A stretch of DNA of 64,000 nt from a virus (taxonomy: Duplodnaviria; Caudoviricetes), in the IMG/VR virus record IMGVR_UViG_2531839010_000002, positions 1 through 64,000 of that record. One strand, 5' to 3'. The translations under genes and the position numbers were made by a program. Shown piece by piece: positions 44,208 to 53,216 of this stretch. The notes beneath the pieces are model-generated. The model saw only the letters and a list, made by a program, of their open reading frames with translations, searched no databases and had not been told where the DNA came from. Within the stretch, counting starts at the first letter, position 1, and each line of letters begins with the position of its first letter.

Positions 44208-45936
44208 GGAACCGCGCCTGCGCTTTACTGATGAGGAACGGTCTGACCCTGCACTGGAAAAGCCGATCCGTAAAGCGGAGAAAGCTGCGGCCAGAGCAGA
44301 TAAGGCGCAGGCCAATATCCCAAAGAAAAAGGTCAGGCAGACGGTCATTGACCCGGATACCGGAAAAAAGACCTCGAAGCTGACCTTTGAGGACAAGAAA
44401 AAGCCACCTTCCAAAGTTTCTCAAGGAGTCAGGGAAGCTCCCGTCCATCTGGTCGTGGGCAAGCTCCACAAAGAGATCCGGGAAACAGAGCAGGACAATG
44501 TGGGCGTGGAAAGCGCCCACAAGTCCGAGGAGGCGGTGGAGACCGGCGCTTATCTGGTGCGGGAGGGCTATCGCAGCCACAAGCTGAAGCCGTACCGCAA
44601 AGCAGCACAGGCAGAGCGTCAACTGGAAAAGGCAAATGTAAATGTTCTGTACCAGAAATCTTTGCAGGAAAATCCCCAGTTTGCCAGCAATCCGCTTTCC
44701 CGCTGGCAGCAAAAGCAGGCCATCAAAAGGCAGTATGCCGCCGCCAAACACGCCGGTCAGACTGCCGGAAATACCGCCCAGGCTGCGTCCAAAACCGGAA
44801 AAGTCGCAAGGACGGTAAAAGAAAAGGCACAGCAGGCAGGGGCATTCGTCATGCGCCACAAGAAGGGTTTCCTGATGGCAGGGGTTTTGTTCCTCATTAC
44901 CTGTATGCTGATGAATACCATGTCCTCCTGCTCCATGATGGCGCAGAGCATCGGTTCCGTTCTCTCCGGCACCACCTATCCGTCGGATGACCCGGAAATG
45001 CTGGCAGTGGAGGCAGATTATGCAGCCAGAGAAGTCCAGTTGCAGAAGGAAATCGACAACATTGAAAGCAGCCACCCAGGGTATGACGAGTATCGCTATG
45101 ACCTTGGTATGATCGGCCATGACCCTCATGAGCTGGCAGCATTTCTGTCTGCCGTCTTGCAAGGTTACACCCAGCAGAGCGCTCAGGCAGAGCTGGCGCG
45201 TGTGTTTGCAGCACAGTATCAGCTGACGCTTACTGAGGAAGTGGAGATTCGCTACCGCACGGAGACCTCCACCGACCCGGAGACCGGCGAGACCACCTCA
45301 GAAGAAGTCCCCTATGAGTATTACATTTTGAATGTGAAACTCACCAGCAAGCCCATTTCCGCTGTGGCGTCGGAGTTACTGACCCCGGAGCAGATGGAAA
45401 TGTATCAGGTTTACCGGCAGACCATGGGCAATAAGCCGCTGTTGTTTGGCGGTGGTTCCCCTGACATGAGCAATTCCGAGGACTTGACCGGTGTACAGTT
45501 CGTAAATGGAACCCGTCCCGGAAATCCGCAGTTGGTGGAGCTGGCCAAGCGTCAGGTCGGCAATGTGGGCGGCTATCCTTATTGGAGCTGGTATGGCTTT
45601 GACAGCCGCGTGGAGTGGTGCGCCTGCTTTGTATCCTGGTGTTATAACCAGGCTGGAAAAAGTGAGCCGCGCTTTGCAGGCTGTGAGTGGCAGGGCGTTC
45701 CGTGGTTCCAGTCTCATGGACAATGGGGTGCAAGAGGCTATAACAATCTGGCTCCCGGAGATGCAATTTTCTTTGATTGGGATTTGGATGGGACAGCAGA
45801 CCATGTGGGTATCGTGATCGGTACGGATGGTAGCCGTGTTTATACGGTGGAGGGAAATTCCGGCGATGCCTGCAAGATCAAAAGTTATGACCTGAATTAT
45901 CAAAGTATTAAGGGCTACGGCCTGATGAACTGGTAA
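44200..45936 (+). CDS. Conjugative peptidoglycan hydrolase with C-terminal CHAP domain
   Basis: EWCACFVSW...DHVGIV...TVEGNS. Confidence 0.9.
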   Translation: MNKEPRLRFTDEERSDPALEKPIRKAEKAAARADKAQANIPKKKVRQTVIDPDTGKKTSKLTFEDKKKPPSKVSQGVREAPVHLVVGKLHKEIRETEQDNVGVESAHKSEEAVETGAYLVREGYRSHKLKPYRKAAQAERQLEKANVNVLYQKSLQENPQFASNPLSRWQQKQAIKRQYAAAKHAGQTAGNTAQAASKTGKVARTVKEKAQQAGAFVMRHKKGFLMAGVLFLITCMLMNTMSSCSMMAQSIGSVLSGTTYPSDDPEMLAVEADYAAREVQLQKEIDNIESSHPGYDEYRYDLGMIGHDPHELAAFLSAVLQGYTQQSAQAELARVFAAQYQLTLTEEVEIRYRTETSTDPETGETTSEEVPYEYYILNVKLTSKPISAVASELLTPEQMEMYQVYRQTMGNKPLLFGGGSPDMSNSEDLTGVQFVNGTRPGNPQLVELAKRQVGNVGGYPYWSWYGFDSRVEWCACFVSWCYNQAGKSEPRFAGCEWQGVPWFQSHGQWGARGYNNLAPGDAIFFDWDLDGTADHVGIVIGTDGSRVYTVEGNSGDACKIKSYDLNYQSIKGYGLMNW

Positions 45937-45964
45937 CAGACTTTGTGGAAAGGAGTGAACGGTT

Positions 45965-46222
45965 ATGGCAAAAAACAAAATTGAACGTATCGACCAGGAA
46001 ATTGAGAAAACCCGTGAGAAGATTGCGGAATATCAGGAAAAGCTCAAGACCCTGGAAGCACAGAAAACGGAGGCAGAGAATCTGGAAATCGTTCAGATGG
46101 TTCGTGCGTTACGCATGACTCCAGCACAGCTGAACGCTATGCTTTCCGGTGGAATGAACCACGGCAGAGATACAGCACTGTCGGAATCAAATAATCAGGA
46201 GGCTACCGCTTATGAAGAATAA
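45965..46222 (+). CDS. Small coiled-coil ICE protein (DUF4315-like)
   Basis: [20 protein letters not shown]...[10 protein letters not shown]. Confidence 0.8.
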   Translation: MAKNKIERIDQEIEKTREKIAEYQEKLKTLEAQKTEAENLEIVQMVRALRMTPAQLNAMLSGGMNHGRDTALSESNNQEATAYEE

Positions 46223-46976
46223 AAGAATTTGCAAAACACTTTCCGCCCTTTGCCTGACAATGGTTGTGGCATTTGGCTTTACGATCCCTGCTTTCGCACA
46301 GGGGTCAGAACAGGCTCCGGCGGCACCGGCAGAGGATTCTACCAATGACAGCAATGTGATTGTGGAAGAAGCAGAACCGGCACCGGCACTTACACCAGAT
46401 GGCAATGCCGCTCTGGTGGATGATTTTGGTGGCAATAAGCAGCTCATTACCGTTACCACCAAGGCTGGCAACTATTTTTACATTTTGATCGACAGGGCTA
46501 ATGAGGATAAAAAGACTGCTGTTCACTTTCTGAACCAGGTGGATGAAGCAGATTTGATGGCATTGATGGAAGATGAAAATGTCAAAGAGGAGCCGGCTGC
46601 TGTGTGTAGCTGCACGACAAAATGTGAAGCAGGGGCAGTCAATACGGCCTGCCCGGTCTGCGCAACTGATAAGAGTAAATGTACGGGCAAAGCACCGGAA
46701 CCTCCGGCAGAAACATCGGAGCCGGAAAAAGAGAAGCCTGCCGGATTGAACCCGGCTGCGCTGGTCCTTTTGCTGGCTCTGCTTGGTTGCGGTGGCGTAT
46801 TTGCCTACTTGAAGCTCGTTAAGAACAAGCCTAAGACCAAGGGCAATGACAGTCTGGACGATTATGATTATGGCGAGGAGGATTCCGAGGAATGGGAAAC
46901 CGAGGATGAGGAGTCGGACGAGCCGGACGCTGACGGGGGCAGCACAGAAGAAGATGATGAGGACAGTGTGAAATGA
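46212..46976 (+). CDS. Surface/membrane ICE protein (DUF4366-like)
   Basis: Signal peptide, [20 protein letters not shown], Cys cluster, C-terminal TM and acidic tail. Confidence 0.85.
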   Translation: MKNKRICKTLSALCLTMVVAFGFTIPAFAQGSEQAPAAPAEDSTNDSNVIVEEAEPAPALTPDGNAALVDDFGGNKQLITVTTKAGNYFYILIDRANEDKKTAVHFLNQVDEADLMALMEDENVKEEPAAVCSCTTKCEAGAVNTACPVCATDKSKCTGKAPEPPAETSEPEKEKPAGLNPAALVLLLALLGCGGVFAYLKLVKNKPKTKGNDSLDDYDYGEEDSEEWETEDEESDEPDADGGSTEEDDEDSVK

Positions 46977-47176
46977 CCCGTTTCACAGACAGTCCCTATG
47001 AACGCATGATGACACGCAGGCCGGAGGGCGGGAAGGAAACTTCCCGTCCTCCTTCTTTACCCCACAGCCACCCCTGCTATGGTTGCGGGAATTATGGAAG
47101 ACCCTGCGTAGGTATCTGTCACCGGGAAATGTCCCGATGGCTCAAAGAGAGGAGGAACCATCATGGCTCAACATAA
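46973..47176 (+). CDS. Small Cys-rich protein
   Basis: [18 protein letters not shown]; overlaps both neighbours. Confidence 0.6.
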   Translation: MTRFTDSPYERMMTRRPEGGKETSRPPSLPHSHPCYGCGNYGRPCVGICHREMSRWLKERRNHHGST

Positions 47177-49271
47177 ATTGGTAATTGCCGAAAAACCATC
47201 AGTTGCCCAGAATTTGGCGGCTGTGATCGGCGCAACCGTCCGTAAGGACGGGTATCTGGAGGGCAACGGCTGGCGTGTCAGCTGGTGCGTGGGCCACCTG
47301 GCCGGTCTTGCGGATGCAGACAGCTATGACCCAAAGTATGCCAAGTGGCGATATGATGATCTGCCTATCCTGCCGGAACATTGGCAGATGGTGGTGGGAA
47401 AAGATAAGAAAAAGCAGTTTGATATTCTCAAAAAGCTGATGAATGCCCCGGAGGTGACGGAAGTGGTAAATGCCTGTGATGCCGGACGCGAGGGTGAGCT
47501 GATCTTCCGTAGCGTCTATGAGCTGGCAGGTTGCAAGAAGCCGATGAAAAGGCTCTGGATTTCTTCGATGGAGGACTCCGCCATAAGGGAAGGCTTTGCA
47601 AACCTGCGCCCCGGTGCGGACTATGACGGACTTCGGGATGCTGCCCTCTGCCGTGCCAAGGCCGACTGGCTGGTGGGGATCAATGCGACAAGGCTTTTTT
47701 CCGTGCTGTATCACCGAACCCTCAACATCGGGCGCGTGATGTCCCCGACGCTGGCGCTTATTGTTCAGCGAGAAGCTGAGATCGACACCTTTCAGCCGAT
47801 TCCCTTTTATACCGTGGCGCTGGAGCTGCCCGGTCTTACCGTATCCGGGGAGCGCATGGCGGATAAGGCTGCTGCTGAGCAGCTGAAAGAAGCCTGTCAG
47901 GGCGTAAATGTCACAATCAAAAAGGTGGAGTGCAAGGAAAAGTCCGAAAAGCCGCCTGCCCTCTATGACCTGACTACTCTGCAAAGAGATGCCAACCGCC
48001 TGCTTGGATTTACAGCCCAGCAGACCCTGGACTATCTGCAAAGCCTGTATGAAAAGAAGCTCTGCACCTATCCCCGTACTGACAGCCGCTATCTGACTGG
48101 CGATATGGCAGACAGCCTGCCGGTGCTGGTGAATCTGGTTGCCAATGCTATGCCGTTTCGCAAAGGAATCGCCATTACCTGTGATCCGCAGACGGTAATC
48201 AACGATAAGAAAGTAACCGACCACCACGCAGTAATCCCTACCAGAAATCTCAAGGATGCAGACCTTTCTGCCCTTCCTGCGGGAGAAAAAGCGGTGCTGG
48301 AGCTGGTGGCCCTGCGTCTGATGTGCGCCGTAGCCCAGCCCCATATCTATTCGGAAACCGTTGTGATTGCAGCGTGTGCCGGTGGGGAGTTTACCACAAA
48401 AGGAAAAACAGTGAAGCACCCCGGATGGAAAGCACTGGAGGACGCTTATCGTGCCAAAATGAAGGATACAGAGCCGAAAAAAGAGGGCGTAGAGAAAGCC
48501 CTGCCGGAGCTGACCGAAGGACAGACACTTTCGGTTTCTGCGGCAATCATCAAAGAAGGCAAAAGCAGTCCGCCTCAGCACTTTACGGAGGACACCCTAT
48601 TGTCCGCAATGGAGACTGCCGGGAAAGATGATATGCCAGAGGATGCTGAGAGAAAAGGTCTGGGGACACCGGCCACCCGTGCCGGTATTTTGGAAAAGCT
48701 GGTATCTGCCGGTTTTCTGGAGCGAAAAAAGAACAGAAAAACGGTGCAGCTTCTTCCTTCCCACGATGCAGTATCCCTTATCACGGTGCTGCCGGAACAA
48801 CTGCAATCGCCGCTTCTGACTGCCGAGTGGGAGTATCGCCTGGGTGAGATCGAGCGCGGGCAGCTTGCCAAAGAGGAGTTTCTGGCCGGGATCAGCACCA
48901 TGCTGAAAGATCTGGTGGGGACTTATCAGGTCATCAAGGGAACTGAGTACCTGTTCACTCCGCCCCACGAGGTGGTGGGCAAATGCCCTCGCTGCGGCGG
49001 TGAAGTTGCAGAACTGCAAAAAGGCTTCTTCTGTCAGAATGATTCTTGCAGATTTGCAATCTGGAAAAACAACAAATGGTGGGCTGCCAAGAAAAAACAG
49101 CCGACCAAGGCTGTGGTGTCTGCGCTGCTGAACGATGGCCGTGTCCGTGTGACGGGGTTATATTCGGAGAAAACCGGCAAGACCTACGATGCCACTGTGG
49201 TTTTGGAGGACGATGGACAGTATGCCAACTTCAAGCTGGAATTTGACCAGCGGAAAGGAGGCAGCCGATGA
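47163..49271 (+). CDS. topB: DNA topoisomerase III (type IA)
   Basis: IAEKPSVA, NACDAGREGELIF, TYPRTDSRYL, GLGTPATRA. Confidence 0.95.
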   Translation: MAQHKLVIAEKPSVAQNLAAVIGATVRKDGYLEGNGWRVSWCVGHLAGLADADSYDPKYAKWRYDDLPILPEHWQMVVGKDKKKQFDILKKLMNAPEVTEVVNACDAGREGELIFRSVYELAGCKKPMKRLWISSMEDSAIREGFANLRPGADYDGLRDAALCRAKADWLVGINATRLFSVLYHRTLNIGRVMSPTLALIVQREAEIDTFQPIPFYTVALELPGLTVSGERMADKAAAEQLKEACQGVNVTIKKVECKEKSEKPPALYDLTTLQRDANRLLGFTAQQTLDYLQSLYEKKLCTYPRTDSRYLTGDMADSLPVLVNLVANAMPFRKGIAITCDPQTVINDKKVTDHHAVIPTRNLKDADLSALPAGEKAVLELVALRLMCAVAQPHIYSETVVIAACAGGEFTTKGKTVKHPGWKALEDAYRAKMKDTEPKKEGVEKALPELTEGQTLSVSAAIIKEGKSSPPQHFTEDTLLSAMETAGKDDMPEDAERKGLGTPATRAGILEKLVSAGFLERKKNRKTVQLLPSHDAVSLITVLPEQLQSPLLTAEWEYRLGEIERGQLAKEEFLAGISTMLKDLVGTYQVIKGTEYLFTPPHEVVGKCPRCGGEVAELQKGFFCQNDSCRFAIWKNNKWWAAKKKQPTKAVVSALLNDGRVRVTGLYSEKTGKTYDATVVLEDDGQYANFKLEFDQRKGGSR

Positions 49272-49546
49272 AGCTCTCTTTAGTGGAACGGGAAACCATT
49301 CTCCTCTATAACCAGGCAGAACCAATGGCTGAGGTCTACACCCACGATCCCCATCTGATGGAGAAGCTGGAACTGCTGGCAAAAAAGCACCCCGACCAGA
49401 TCATCCGAAAGGACGCCCATAACTTTACCGTCCCCAAGCGGTGTGTATCAGTCCGGGAGCCATACAGCGCCGAGCGTCGCAAAGCTGCCAGTGAGCGTGC
49501 GAAAGCCGCCGGATACCAGCCCCCTGTGAAAAAGTCCGGCAGTTAA
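49268..49546 (+). CDS. Hypothetical protein
   Basis: SD AAAGGAGG; 92 aa; ERETILLYNQAE... Confidence 0.7.
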   Translation: MKLSLVERETILLYNQAEPMAEVYTHDPHLMEKLELLAKKHPDQIIRKDAHNFTVPKRCVSVREPYSAERRKAASERAKAAGYQPPVKKSGS

Positions 49547-49552
49547 AGGCAC

Positions 49553-52500
49553 ATGGCAGAGAATGTATTTGAAGCGGTCAAGCAGTCGGTCAGCACCAGA
49601 GAAGCGGCAGCGTTTTATGGGATCGAGGTCAAACGAAATGGTATGGCCTGCTGTCCCTTTCACGATGATAAGAACCCCAGCATGAAGGTAGACCAGCGGT
49701 TCCACTGCTTTGGTTGCGGTGCAGATGGGGATGTGATCGACTTTACCGCAAAGCTCTTTAACCTCTCCCCAAAAGAAGCGGCGGAGAAACTGGCACAGGA
49801 CTTTGGCCTGATCTATGACAGTCAGGCCCCGCCCCGCAGGAGATATGTCCGGCAAAAAACCGAGGCACAGAAGTTTCGGGAGGATCGACAGCGCTGTTAT
49901 CGCGTACTGTCCGATTACTACTATCTGCTGAAAAAATGGGAAGCCGACCGTTCTCCCAGGACACCGGAGGAAGAACCGCACCCCCGTTTTGTGGAAGCAA
50001 TCCAGAAGAAAGCCTATGTAGAGTACCTGCTGGACCTTTTTCTTTATGAAAGTGAAGAAGAACAAAAGGCATGGATTGCAGAACACACAGCAGAAATCAC
50101 ACACTTGGAAAGGAGATTGAAAATCATGGCTGAGAACAAACCCACCAACCGAGAACGGCTAAGGGAAATCACAGATGGCATCGAGCAGGGCATCAAAGAA
50201 CTGTTTGAGAGTGAAAAGTATATGCGCTATCTGTCCGTCATGTCCCGATTTCACCGCTATTCGGTAAACAACACCATGCTCATCTATATGCAGAAGCCGG
50301 ATGCCACTTTGGTAGCCGGATACAATAAGTGGAAAGACCAGTTTGAGCGTCATGTAAAAAAGGGCGAGCATGGCATTACCATCATCGCTCCCACACCGTA
50401 TAAGAAGAAAATCGAGGAGCAGAAGCTGGACCCAGATACCAAGGCTCCGATTCTGGATAAAGACGGAAAGATCGTTACAGAGGAAAAAGAAATCGAGATC
50501 CCCATGTTTCGTCCGGTCAAGGTCTTTGATGTGAGCCAGACCGACGGGAAACCTTTGCCGGAGCTTGCATCATCCCTTTCCGGCAATGTGCCAAATTATG
50601 AGGCATTCATGGAGGCCCTGCGCCGCAGCGCACCGGTGCCGATTACTTTTGAAGCAATGGCTGCTGATACGGACGGCTATTTTTCTGCTGATCATCAGAA
50701 AATTGCCATTCGTCAGGGCATGAGTGAGGTTCAGACGGTTTCAGCCACAGTACACGAGATTGCCCACAGCAAGCTCCACAATCAGAAAAAGATCCAGATT
50801 ACCAATGACGAGCAATATCAGGAGATCGAGCTGTTTGATAAACTTGGTCTGTTCTCCAACGGACGGATTGCTCGCGATAATCTGCCAGAGGGCGTTTATT
50901 GCTATGACCTGCGCGGTTCTGACTACGATCCTGGAGATCCGGTCTGTGTGGAAGAACGAGTGGTTGTAAACCATGCAGGCTCCGTTCTGCTGACAGAGCC
51001 GTTGGAACTGACGGAAGATGGACGCTTGATGCTGACCGAGGAAAAAGGGCTGAATTTTACCGGTGGCTTTTCTACCCTCTCCCAGTTTTTGCAGAAACAG
51101 AGGAAAGATCGTCACACGGAAGAAGTGGAGGCTGAAAGCATCTCCTATGCGGTCTGCAAGTATTTTGGCATCGAGACTGGAGAAAACAGCTTTGGCTATA
51201 TTGCCAGTTGGAGTCAAGGCAAGGAGCTGAAAGAACTGAGAGCCAGTTTGGAGACCATCAACAAAACCTCCGGCACTTTGATCTCCGACATTGAGCGCCA
51301 CTATAAGGAAATCTGCAAAGAGCGCGGAATCGACCCTCATGCAAAGGCAGAGCCGGAAACCGCCCCGATAGAGCAGCCAACTAGCAATCTGACTTACTAT
51401 GTAGCAGAGTGCATGGAATTTCCAAACCTCGGAGAATACCACGATAACTTGTCTTTGGAGGAAGCAATCCGCATTTATCAGGAGATTCCGGCAGAACGAA
51501 TGAACGGGATCAAGGGCATTGGTTTTGAGCTGAAAGACGGAAGCGACTATGAAGGACCTTTTCCGATTTTGACCGGCCAGACCATTGACCTGGACACCAT
51601 CCAGGCAATCGACTATTACCGTGATAATCCTCTGGTGCAAAAAGCGGTAAAGGAACTGGCTGCGGCAATGCCGGAAATGGAAGTGCTGGGGGCGGACGCC
51701 AATCAGCAGGAGGCTTTGTTTCTGATCGACAATGCCACCTATCTTCATATCCAGTCCTGTGACAGCGGCTGGGACTATACCCTTTACGATGCCGCATCCA
51801 TGAAAGAGCTGGATGGTGGTCAGCTGGATATGCCGGAGATTTCCCGCATGAAGGCAGTTCTCCAGATTTGTGATGACAACGATTTGGGCAGAGACTCGGT
51901 AAAATACGCACCGTTGTCCATGATTGAGACCTTGCAGGAAGCTGCCTACCAGCAGATGCAGGCAGAGGTCAGTCAGATGGCTGCTTCTTCCCAGCTGCCG
52001 GAAGCACAGGAGCAGGCACTGGATGAATACCCCATGCCGGATGAGCAGGTCTCCACACCAGATATGCAGGAATACGGCTACTCCTATGATGGGATGTTCC
52101 CTGTTACCAGAGAACGGGCGCTGGAACTGGATGCCGCCGGTTTGACCGTTTATGTGCTGCATGAGGACAATACGGAGAGCATGGTGTTTGACCCGCAGGA
52201 AATCATGGATCATGGCGGTCTTTTTGGCGTGGACCGTGAGGAATGGGAGAAAAGCCCTCAGTTCCACGAAAAGGTCATGGAGCGTCAGGAACATCAGCAG
52301 GAACGCGAACAGGCATTTCTCTCCCAGAACAGAGATTGCTTTGCAATCTATCAGGTAAGCCGTGACGATCCGCAGAATGTGCGCTTTATGAATCTGGATT
52401 GGTTAAAGTCCCATGACATTTCCATAGACCGCAGCAATTATGACCTCATTTACACAGCTCCGCTGAGGGAGTCTGGCACGGTACCGGAGCAGCTGGAAAA

Positions 52501-52921
52501 ACTATATGAGCAGTTTAATCTGCAAAAGCCGGCGGATTTTCACAGTCCTTCTATGAGTGTCAGTGACATCGTTGCGATCAAGCAGGACGGTAAGGTATCC
52601 TGTCATTACTGTGACAGTGTTGGTTTTACCCAGATCCCCGGATTCCTGTCGGAAAATCCGTTGAAAAATGCGGAGATGGCCGTGGAGGACGATTACGGCA
52701 TGATCGACGGTATCATCAACAATGGCGCAAAAGAGCCTACGGTGGCAGAGCTGGAACAGCAGGCCCGCAACGGTCAGCCCATTTCCCTCATGGATTTGGC
52801 TACCGCTGCCCATCGGGAGGAACGGGAAAAGAAAAAGTCCGTCATGGAGCAGCTGAAAAGCCAGCCCAAGGCAGAACACAAAAAGACAGCGCCAAAAAAG
52901 AGTGCGGAAAGGGAGATTTGA
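49553..52921 (+). CDS. Multidomain CHC2 Zn finger + ArdC-like ssDNA-binding/zincin + YodL-like protein
   Basis: CCPFHDDKNPSM; FHRYSVNNTMLIYMQKPDATLVAGY; HEIAH; HSPSMSVSDIV...YCDSVGF. Confidence 0.85.
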   Translation: MAENVFEAVKQSVSTREAAAFYGIEVKRNGMACCPFHDDKNPSMKVDQRFHCFGCGADGDVIDFTAKLFNLSPKEAAEKLAQDFGLIYDSQAPPRRRYVRQKTEAQKFREDRQRCYRVLSDYYYLLKKWEADRSPRTPEEEPHPRFVEAIQKKAYVEYLLDLFLYESEEEQKAWIAEHTAEITHLERRLKIMAENKPTNRERLREITDGIEQGIKELFESEKYMRYLSVMSRFHRYSVNNTMLIYMQKPDATLVAGYNKWKDQFERHVKKGEHGITIIAPTPYKKKIEEQKLDPDTKAPILDKDGKIVTEEKEIEIPMFRPVKVFDVSQTDGKPLPELASSLSGNVPNYEAFMEALRRSAPVPITFEAMAADTDGYFSADHQKIAIRQGMSEVQTVSATVHEIAHSKLHNQKKIQITNDEQYQEIELFDKLGLFSNGRIARDNLPEGVYCYDLRGSDYDPGDPVCVEERVVVNHAGSVLLTEPLELTEDGRLMLTEEKGLNFTGGFSTLSQFLQKQRKDRHTEEVEAESISYAVCKYFGIETGENSFGYIASWSQGKELKELRASLETINKTSGTLISDIERHYKEICKERGIDPHAKAEPETAPIEQPTSNLTYYVAECMEFPNLGEYHDNLSLEEAIRIYQEIPAERMNGIKGIGFELKDGSDYEGPFPILTGQTIDLDTIQAIDYYRDNPLVQKAVKELAAAMPEMEVLGADANQQEALFLIDNATYLHIQSCDSGWDYTLYDAASMKELDGGQLDMPEISRMKAVLQICDDNDLGRDSVKYAPLSMIETLQEAAYQQMQAEVSQMAASSQLPEAQEQALDEYPMPDEQVSTPDMQEYGYSYDGMFPVTRERALELDAAGLTVYVLHEDNTESMVFDPQEIMDHGGLFGVDREEWEKSPQFHEKVMERQEHQQEREQAFLSQNRDCFAIYQVSRDDPQNVRFMNLDWLKSHDISIDRSNYDLIYTAPLRESGTVPEQLEKLYEQFNLQKPADFHSPSMSVSDIVAIKQDGKVSCHYCDSVGFTQIPGFLSENPLKNAEMAVEDDYGMIDGIINNGAKEPTVAELEQQARNGQPISLMDLATAAHREEREKKKSVMEQLKSQPKAEHKKTAPKKSAEREI

Positions 52922-52922
52922 T

Positions 52923-53138
52923 ATGGGAAACTTTACTTTTGAGGAAATGAACCTGATGTGCATTTACAATACCGGCAGCCGCACCGGACTGATCGACAGC
53001 CTACGTGAGATGCGCGGCGAGCTGGCCCCGGAGGAAACCGAGCTGCGGGAGTTGACAGACAGCGCACTGGGCAAGCTCCAGGCCATGAGTGATGCCGAGT
53101 TTGCCGAGCTGGAGTTGTATCCGGATTTTGACCAGTAA
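52923..53138 (+). CDS. Transposon-transfer-assisting family protein
   Basis: FTFEEMNLMCIYNTGSRTGLI...KLQAMSDAEF. Confidence 0.8.
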   Translation: MGNFTFEEMNLMCIYNTGSRTGLIDSLREMRGELAPEETELRELTDSALGKLQAMSDAEFAELELYPDFDQ

Positions 53139-53216
53139 ACACTATAATCGCAGGGATGGGGTGGCAATATGCCACCCCACCTTTTTACCCCAAAACTGAA
53201 AGGAGGACAGAACACT

